Shown here: piece after piece, positions 58,601 to 64,000 of the stretch
Layout of the letters: each line of letters starts with the position of its first letter
How positions within the stretch are numbered: the stretch's first letter is position 1
Source of the DNA: an uncultured archaeon
Lineage (GTDB): Archaea > Nanohalarchaeota > Nanosalinia > Nanosalinales > Nanosalinaceae
Length of the DNA: 64,000 nucleotides
Assembly: GCA_964421955.1 (NCBI GenBank)
Contig: CAYQYU010000001.1
Location: forward strand, 1 to 64,000
Direction: 5' to 3'
Position numbers and translations under genes: made by a program
The notes under the pieces: model-generated
The model's input: only the letters and a program-made list of their open reading frames with translations
What the model was told of the DNA's origin: nothing
The model's database searches: none

Positions 58601-61600
58601 AACCGACTGTCCTCGGTTCCGAGTACGAAAACGTTTCTTCCATGCTGCTGCCGTCCGGCTTCCTGAAATTACCGTAGTACATGAAAAGCTGCTCGGTTGA
58701 CGAGGCAGCCATCCGCGGAACCTGCACCCATACCGACGTAGAGGTGGTGTTGCAGCCTGAATCAACGTAGTGGTCGGCGTGCTGTTGCTCGCCCGCGGTA
58801 GAGTTGTACCATACGAAACGGATGTCCTTGCACGAGGCGTTCATCTTTCCTGACATTATCGGCGCCCGGGTGTCGATCTCGAACTCCACCTGGTACTCGT
58901 TCTTCGCAGTACCCGAGGTCTCGGTCACATTTAATGGTTTCCTGTACATGAACGACCGGTTCCACCAGGTCTGGTTCTCCTGAGTCAGATTCACATCCTT
59001 CTTCGGGCCGTAGGTTTCATTCACAGTCTTCACATCCAGATCGGTGTCAACGAACAATTCGAACGTGTCGGTTGAAGTCTCGAATGTGCTTCCCGAGCCG
59101 TCCTGGGTCCAGATACTGTAATCGTACTCGCCGTACTGCCAGGTCTCCGAGAAGTTGTACTCGTAAACCGTTGTCCCGGTCAGGTTCGCCATGCTGTAGG
59201 CGAACTCGGTGCCGTTAGGAACTGTTACCCTGGCCTCGACCGCGCTAATGCCGTCTGCGTCCGTCACGTTCGCGTTCAGAGTAACGTTGTAGCCGTAGCC
59301 GACAGGATCAGGCGAGTCCTGGACCTGGTTTATCGTCGGCTTCTCTCCTACGTTTACCGACGTGTTGGCATCGCTCGGCCGGGTGTAACTCGAGCTGCTT
59401 CCGCTGTAAGTCGCGTTCAGGTCGTGGTCTCCGAGTACCGCGTCGGAAGGAATCGTGTAGTCAACAGATGCGATGCCTGAACCACCGGTGAGGTCCGAGC
59501 CGAGGTACTCTCCCTCTGTCTCGTCCCAGAACGTGATGTTCTGTCCCTCGAGAGCAGTGCCGTTGTCGTAGTCGAGGTCGGCTTCAAGCGTTATCGTGGT
59601 TCCCCTGTCCGGCGTTGGATCGCTCGATGACAGGCCCATACTGGTGTTCGCGTAGACGTCAACCGTCACGCTGTCCTCGTCCACCCTGCCCTGATCGTTG
59701 GTGGTGTTGATGATGACTCCCTGCGGACCGAGTCGGGCCTGGCTGTCCGCGAAAGCAGTGAAGTTGACATAGATAAGCTCCCCTGTCTGCTGGACCGGCT
59801 CCAGCTTCGTGAGGTTGCCGGATCTGTTTGACCATCTTTCCGGCAGCCACCATGTGACCTCCGTGTTCGTCAGGTCTCCGCTGAAGGTGTTATTCGCGTA
59901 AGCCGTAAAGTTGTAGCTTCCGTTGACATCTCTGGTAATATTGTCCGGGTATTCAAGCACCTTCAGCAGCGCACCAGGAATACGGACGCTGAGTTCCCTG
60001 TTTCCGACCTGGTCCCAGACCCTTCTCTCCCCGGGGTTGATGTACTCCAGCGTGACGTTTATGCCGTAGTCTCCCGTAGCCGTCGACGAGTTGGTGGTCA
60101 GGTTGAACTCGACGGTCTCGTTCGAATCTGATGAGACGCTCCCGAGGTTGGCGGTGCCGTCTGATCCTCCAACCTCCTCACAGTAGACCTCGTCGCCGCA
60201 GTTGACCGTTACGTTGACATCGTCGATCGAGCTGCTCCACGGGTTGCTGAATGTGAAGTTGTATATCCTTGATTCGTTCACGAGTATCCTGTTATTCGAG
60301 TCGTTTATCGATGACGAGAACGTCTCCGGGACGTTGTGAATCGTGAAGTTGAACGTGTCGTTGAACCTTGTCATACCGTTCTTCGTCATCATCGTGACGT
60401 TCCAGAGAAACTCAAAGCTGCCAGAGGATGCGGACTCCGGAATCACGTAGCCGTTACTGGCGTTGTTCCACTGCTTCTCGCATGTTGAACCGTTCGGTAT
60501 GTCGCCACAGAGCTTCGTCGAGTTGGGCCCCCAGGAAACGTCAGTGCCGGAACCGTCATGTACGTCCATTGTAATGTTGGCATCGAGCGCCGTATTGTTT
60601 ATAGCGGTCGCTGTCGCATTAACCCAGTCAATTCTGTCACCAACCTCGTACTCATTTACTGCGTTATCGTACTCGTTCTCGTGGTCCAGCTCGGTAAGTT
60701 CCAGCGTGACATTGATGATATCAAAGTTGTCGGTGTCCCTGATCATTCCAGTGAAGCTGGTCAGAGTGTTCCCCGAGGGAGACTCCATCCTTCCGAGTAC
60801 CCTGTAGGTCCCCGGCTCGTATTCATCAGTGTTCCAGCCGCCGTTGGCTTCCCAGATCGCGGATACGTTCAGCTTGTCGCCCGCGGGAACCGTCCTCAAT
60901 GTGTCAGAGGCCCTGTCGTTCACCCCCGGCGGCAGGATGTTGTCCCAGCCACTCTCGGTTTCCTGCTGTACCACCATGAAAAGGTATCCCTTGAAACCGC
61001 CGTCACCGAGGTTGGCTATTCCTGTGTAACGGTCCTGCTCCTCCCCGTACCCTACTTCATAGCTTATGGAGGAATCTCCGGCGTTGGCCTCTTTGGCAAA
61101 CCATCCGACGTCCTCCGCGTTGTGGATATCGCAGCTGTCACCCGAGTTGTGCTCACAGTATCTTATGTCCATACCTCCGAGGTTTATGTTCCGGGCCATG
61201 GTCGGTTTCGACTGCTCCGTGCCGTCGTTGGTCTGGACGGTCGCGAAGACCGAAGGAACGGACGAGTAGCTGTCTGTGAATGTCTCGGGAGTCCATGAGC
61301 TATCCTCTATTCCTGTCGTGGTTCCGACCTCACCCTCGAAAGGAAGATTTCCTGGTTCCAGTGCGATCCAGCCAACTTTCGTCGCACCAACGCTGTTGCA
61401 GCCGTCCGCTCCATCATGCTGGCAGAGGTAGATATCCGAGGTCGAAGTACCTACGTTTACCGCCTGGGCAATTCTCGGAGTCGTCGAGGAGTCGTTCTGT
61501 GCCTGTGCCAGAAGGACCGGTGTCGAGGACAGCGACTGGTTGTAGCTGACGGTCAGCGCGCTCCCGACGTCCCCACCTGAGAGCTCCGCGACACCTGTAT

Positions 61601-64000
61601 CGACGCCTGAAAGCCTGTCGGCCTCCGGCCTGTCAAAGACAGCGTAGCTCACCTGCTCCTCGGGATGGGTGTCACAGCCGCCACCCTCCTCCTCACAGAG
61701 CCTGATCTCGAACGCGCTACTGTTGACGTTCCTGACCTGTGTCACCTTCGGAGACTCGGTAGAGTTCTCGGAGTTTGAGGTGGCGAAAACCATCGGCTTC
61801 TCGAACGGCTGGTTTAGATCAACCGTGGTCCATCCTCCGTCTGCAGGAGCAGTTACTTTACCGATCTCAGGTTCTGAAGAGGTCACCGCCGAAAGGTTGC
61901 TTCCTGTCTCGGTGGCGTTAGTGTTGTTGAAGTACATGTTGATCGTTGACTCCGAGTTCGCGGGTAGTGTAGATGGCTTCACCCAGAAAGTGGTATTTGT
62001 AGTATTGACGCCTGAGTCGAGGTAGTAAGGCACCTGTTTCTGTATGCTGTCGACCTGCTGCTGTGTCCCCACAGTTGTGGAAGGCTGCTGCTTGTAAGGA
62101 GCTCCATAGAGAACTCCCTCATCCGAGGCAAAGTACCCGAATTCCTCATCGGTGTGAGTGTCGTCGAAAGCCGGGGTCTCCTCTGTCGAGACGTTGAAAC
62201 CTTCGGTTGTCCTGTTCTTTATCCTTTCAGCCATGTTGTCGGGGCCATTATCGGTCTGGAACTTTCCTACCAGAGCTGGTTCATCGCCGAACTCTGTGTT
62301 GTAACCGTTGTAGAACCAGTCGTCGGTCACCCCGCTGACAAGACCTGATTCAAACACTTCTCCCTGGTTCTCTGACTCTGTTTCCATAGCAACATACCCG
62401 ACTGTCTCGGATGCATGTGCATCTCCTTCAGCTTCCTCCTCTATCTTGAACCAGCCGTTGACACCGGTAACGTTGTCCTGTCTTGTGTGGCTTCCTGCAT
62501 CAGCTTCATTGTACGAGTTGATCTGTGTCATGAAAACCGGTGTCCCAGTGAATGGCTGACTGTAGTCTACCTTTTCGTACACCTCGGATCCCGGTTTCGA
62601 AGTCGCGGTTCCTGCCTCGATCCTGGCGTCGGATAGGAGCCAGTTACCTGGCTTGATCGCCAGGTAGGAGATGTTCTCTGTAACATGGTTCCCGTCATCG
62701 CTCACGTACTCCTCCACCCGGATGTCGAAGCCGGACGAGTCGAGGCTTCTTATGCGTGGGACCGCCGCGTCATCCGGTGGATTTTCTGCGGGTTCGCCAC
62801 CCTCGTTGAAGCTGGTTATGGTACCTATCACGACCGGCGAAGAACTGTAGGAGTTCTGAAAGCTCTCGGCCGCCCAGGAATCTGTTCTCTGGACTGTCTC
62901 TGTCTCACCTATCTTCGTGGAGAACGTGTCCTCGTAGCTCGAGATGCTTGAGGCGTCGGTATCACCGTAGTAAAGGTAGAAGGTTTCCGTTGCGCCCGCG
63001 GGCATGTCAACATTCACCCAGAGATTAAGTATCTCCGAGTCAACTTCCTCAACCCAGAGTGGTCTCGAGTTCCGGTCGTAAGGGTTGGATACTGACTGGT
63101 TGAAAACCCTGATCTCCTTCCCGGAAGTGATGCCCGATAGTACCTCGGGATCGGTAATTTCTATCTGGACCGGCTCATCATTTCTCTCGGGTAGACCCGA
63201 GTTGTCCACTGTCACCGGCACCTCGATGATTGGTTTCTCAGCGGTGAACCTGACATCGCTGGCGTTGTCGTTCATCAGTCCCTGCGTTATGTATCTCTGG
63301 GTGTCTATATTTAGTTTGACGGCCTGATCAGTAAGGGTCTCTCCAGACTGCTCCTGTATATTTATCGGAATTCTTCTGCCCCAGCCGCTGTTGAACCAGT
63401 CGTCCCTGAAAGGCGATATCTTCACATCCTTCTTGGCGCGGTAGTCATCCTTCTCTGTCTCGACGTAGGCCTCGGCATCGACCTCTACAGCGAAGTCTTC
63501 AGTCCCTGAGCGGTTTGAAACTCCGTCGGTGTTGTTCGCGATAATGTTGAACTCATAGTTGCCACGTGTCCAGGTGTCGGAGAATTCGTAGCTGTAGGTA
63601 TCTCCGCCCATCAAAGCCATATCGTATGTTTCCCAGCTCGAGTTCGGACCGGTAACGTTCAGTAATACCGTGTCGACACCGGTCGCATCAGTGACGTTGG
63701 CGTTCAACGTCACGTTGTAGCCGTAGCCTGTCGAGTTTGGCTCCGCGGTGACGTTCGATATCTGTGGGACTGAAGAGACGTCGATCGCCGCAGTGGCGTT
63801 ACTCGACAGCAGGTACTCCTCGCCGCTGCCCGGGAACCTGGCCAGGAGGTCGTGAGAGCCGAGAGACGCGGTTTTCGGTATCTCATAGGTTACGTTCGCC
63901 CAGCCCGTCGAGTTCGTATTCCTGATATCGATCACGCTGTTGTTCGTCGTATCCGAGAAGTTGACCTCGTAGCCTTCCAAAGGATTGGAGAAGTCGTCCA
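52605..64000 (-). CDS. Giant modular surface adhesin, 5'-truncated (>3790 aa): Ig repeats, 4 DUF2341-like, 6 H-type-lectin-like repeats, IgGFc-binding-like, PA14-like
   Basis: Frame stays open to the window edge (..DDFSNPLEGY..). W.YRKPI.V...D.RF...WV.....Y.YY.N repeats; PV......NG...R......GF.I..E......H..E.VG..A repeats; YGFGTDSDDAS; dense N-x-S/T; no C-terminal TM. Confidence 0.9.
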   Translation of the reverse strand, partial: DDFSNPLEGYEVNFSDTTNNSVIDIRNTNSTGWANVTYEIPKTASLGSHDLLARFPGSGEEYLLSSNATAAIDVSSVPQISNVTAEPNSTGYGYNVTLNANVTDATGVDTVLLNVTGPNSSWETYDMALMGGDTYSYEFSDTWTRGNYEFNIIANNTDGVSNRSGTEDFAVEVDAEAYVETEKDDYRAKKDVKISPFRDDWFNSGWGRRIPINIQEQSGETLTDQAVKLNIDTQRYITQGLMNDNASDVRFTAEKPIIEVPVTVDNSGLPERNDEPVQIEITDPEVLSGITSGKEIRVFNQSVSNPYDRNSRPLWVEEVDSEILNLWVNVDMPAGATETFYLYYGDTDASSISSYEDTFSTKIGETETVQRTDSWAAESFQNSYSSSPVVIGTITSFNEGGEPAENPPDDAAVPRIRSLDSSGFDIRVEEYVSDDGNHVTENISYLAIKPGNWLLSDARIEAGTATSKPGSEVYEKVDYSQPFTGTPVFMTQINSYNEADAGSHTRQDNVTGVNGWFKIEEEAEGDAHASETVGYVAMETESENQGEVFESGLVSGVTDDWFYNGYNTEFGDEPALVGKFQTDNGPDNMAERIKNRTTEGFNVSTEETPAFDDTHTDEEFGYFASDEGVLYGAPYKQQPSTTVGTQQQVDSIQKQVPYYLDSGVNTTNTTFWVKPSTLPANSESTINMYFNNTNATETGSNLSAVTSSEPEIGKVTAPADGGWTTVDLNQPFEKPMVFATSNSENSTESPKVTQVRNVNSSAFEIRLCEEEGGGCDTHPEEQVSYAVFDRPEADRLSGVDTGVAELSGGDVGSALTVSYNQSLSSTPVLLAQAQNDSSTTPRIAQAVNVGTSTSDIYLCQHDGADGCNSVGATKVGWIALEPGNLPFEGEVGTTTGIEDSSWTPETFTDSYSSVPSVFATVQTNDGTEQSKPTMARNINLGGMDIRYCEHNSGDSCDIHNAEDVGWFAKEANAGDSSISYEVGYGEEQDRYTGIANLGDGGFKGYLFMVVQQETESGWDNILPPGVNDRASDTLRTVPAGDKLNVSAIWEANGGWNTDEYEPGTYRVLGRMESPSGNTLTSFTGMIRDTDNFDIINVTLELTELDHENEYDNAVNEYEVGDRIDWVNATATAINNTALDANITMDVHDGSGTDVSWGPNSTKLCGDIPNGSTCEKQWNNASNGYVIPESASSGSFEFLWNVTMMTKNGMTRFNDTFNFTIHNVPETFSSSINDSNNRILVNESRIYNFTFSNPWSSSIDDVNVTVNCGDEVYCEEVGGSDGTANLGSVSSDSNETVEFNLTTNSSTATGDYGINVTLEYINPGERRVWDQVGNRELSVRIPGALLKVLEYPDNITRDVNGSYNFTAYANNTFSGDLTNTEVTWWLPERWSNRSGNLTKLEPVQQTGELIYVNFTAFADSQARLGPQGVIINTTNDQGRVDEDSVTVDVYANTSMGLSSSDPTPDRGTTITLEADLDYDNGTALEGQNITFWDETEGEYLGSDLTGGSGIASVDYTIPSDAVLGDHDLNATYSGSSSSYTRPSDANTSVNVGEKPTINQVQDSPDPVGYGYNVTLNANVTDADGISAVEARVTVPNGTEFAYSMANLTGTTVYEYNFSETWQYGEYDYSIWTQDGSGSTFETSTDTFELFVDTDLDVKTVNETYGPKKDVNLTQENQTWWNRSFMYRKPLNVTETSGTAKNEYQVEFEIDTRAPIMSGKMNASCKDIRFVWYNSTAGEQQHADHYVDSGCNTTSTSVWVQVPRMAASSTEQLFMYYGNFRKPDGSSMEETFSYSEPRTVGYVTSNITASNGLAIQSMVDNNTVKVGSNTYLLNETDSVTVSSGIDIDTNVSAEGLVQAEGTGDTDTVISPASWSGTEFVYGGMRGTDRFCFVSPYGTANIDIEDGGSTVWTGTADSSGNCVDQDITDGNPVRVTSDLPVIAQHLSSDGEDAFLMYNATTDPVYGVPSANLYVGAGPSGASIELRGSNGASSSQSIGADSEFTDAFSGTGTAPAYMVNSTDNPIGAIQQADSAGTESTTFAPESEMTTEFGSSLPAFYIVAATPYEDTTCEFESDSNFATTSASGTNGVYKVEFGTGNGNTFTTGGWEVECDRPVWPYYDEEGDEDETSLFGWKQMRQASQTDPTVSKGGEQKQYGSLVKNRDGTDFRGYSLMTVEEYTGSGWQELEVVVNDSATGTERNIDKFRALDLASIWNSDPFYTDRYDAGRYRVNARLTDRRGNVLIDKDGSIQDNYEFNITSPEIQVNITEISVYNVTGNPNQRIYTDDIMGSGTNTTFTLFNNETYRVEVEVENLASSGTSWQLSDVNLTHEDLNPGWDLDTVDNIWYSNTSTRTDTRFEGGTFSSGAVEWDTGANGGKVDPGESAEFYYIFNATGTSSDRRQVNFHIEDPLFIRDDYSIFDVLVPDSEPPNLFNGIYNVSSLDVIRGNSFKIFARWDESIGDADAEYNSTTPLLSNDTVNLPSPNPEYWTNHTISTTNAWARGIHFAKLYAADLQDNLNASLEYKKVGIFGEARISDGYKDGDFSLYQNWEYRKPITVDNTGGSSLTDYQVPVNVSYNPNMSNNFSDLRFSWVNSSGIEEEVDHWIERKMSRNGEWAYTWVRIPEIEASSNETLYVYYNNSNATDASDGKAVLDSGLWLTQWQDGHSSNAGDESGMDSLFSAVDYSGRDGWDAQPRPTCEDNATNGNCNLFGADDNYLTYLEGWLLAPEAGTYGFGTDSDDASDVHINGTSRKSSIGGTNVANWYGGHAASGSFTGSSNSGTIGLQQGFYRYDYRHEEATGGDMWRGGWNTPSNGSYSVIPNGFLFHRKHADSEPSTSVESNVERNAITVGCYVEDTTVGNAIDNYDVKFYNESGLIATKQTNSTGWATANYRDNSPGVETLTCNITEDNARYYKTHPDNEETFTLEELEFEHPNFFDIGENRSEVNKTDTVNLFARWTDNFELDDSTLSINTSGTFQNESTLSLSGTNDWANFSYQFSSTLTPGVYGWRQYGRDTSHNYNTTPTRTIEVWGGVNISEAELVDNTIIVDNQATMECRVIDRDSGSGIDNYQVEFYNSTGLMGTNRTESDGWAQFSFTDPTTGDEDITCSIDDNLTRYYRATVPNGTDTLTTASPGADVDAPKIENGIYGLNDTEIVRGEEYGLKVFAQWNETIDNSTVLYNETSTVNEFINPGPYPENYTNYTIGVDSSWTVGTHFAKLEASDNFDNWNDTLNFLKFNVTGRAGVNWDSPTGNVGVGQVRLQCSVNDVDTSNPVANYSVDFYDEEGFLGSNETNSTGAAIYNWDASSETAGDEDMSCVITDSSELHYQAEQTTASETITLTAELNTTILSPANGTQVFKGDTVWLNSTTNDGSDPVTPDNVTWSNSTNDIAAGENATWTVGGEAGNERIDVTATKTNFADGEDNVTLEVFGFSEVKLDEPLFNQSFATGSEPTFACGVYDTKSGKNITSYPVEFFVYNATDTWVLGTNSTTATANATWSWDTTGFATGQYNAGCNVTDQDSLYYHVSNNNESETPVFLTEANGELYGQLVEPPSSTTVAQNRTFTANVSINCQNQNCGSVDATLRYNDSGTSADTAIPSGSGTPFHTVNSNTKSCSGDLQVGETCFTTWEVNATGAQDSLHAIDVSMDGSQTQVNDTADREVGIDLVLIFNVNYSSIQFPQNDPGQVVNAPGNSGGSYYAELDENSNDASGGVWIKSTGFNNTVNPSPSYRRFGPENTTWSLKPSCSYAASQKLSKTFGQVLNYLDSGDNFTQCYFQEIPYGKAAGLYRGNITIKVNATN

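Noticed and set aside
52605-64000. Labelling the giant protein a SPEARE protein
   Set aside because: No serine protease or restriction-endonuclease motif is visible in this part; the N-terminus is outside the window, so this is undecided.
1-64000. CRISPR arrays, rRNA, IS elements, integrases, inteins
   Set aside because: None recognised by eye; Hef, PpsA and the ATPases have no intein-sized inserts.

Overview
Gene-dense archaeal chromosome segment encoding highly acidic (D/E-rich) proteins at moderate GC. This is most consistent with a halophilic DPANN archaeon (Nanohaloarchaeota-like; inferred from gene style, not a database result). Left third is housekeeping: ileS (partial), a DHH phosphoesterase, a coupled Nudix x3-cysS-NDT-like operon next to tRNA-Cys(GCA), a PqqB-like MBL hydrolase, an SRP RNA that appears to lack helix 6, TraB, a HerA-like ATPase, Hef and an archaeosortase-family gene. 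17.7-32.2 kb is a type IV pilus locus (prepilin peptidase, assembly ATPase, two TadC-like platform proteins, 7 class-III-signal pilin-like genes including a 1160-aa VWA adhesin). It is followed by ppsA with a C-terminal winged-helix fusion and a MinD-like ATPase. 36-64 kb is a large cell-surface locus: membrane-anchored Ig/chaperone-like proteins, two paralogous anchorless secreted subunits, a MoxR-DUF58-VWA module and a giant (>3790 aa, 5'-truncated) modular adhesin. The adhesin's last domain resembles the two secreted subunits. The best candidate for an undescribed system is this second locus, read as a non-type-IV, probably donor-strand-type filament with a giant tip adhesin built from nested DUF2341 cassettes. 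No CRISPR array, rRNA or transposase was seen. All family calls are by-eye motif recognition.
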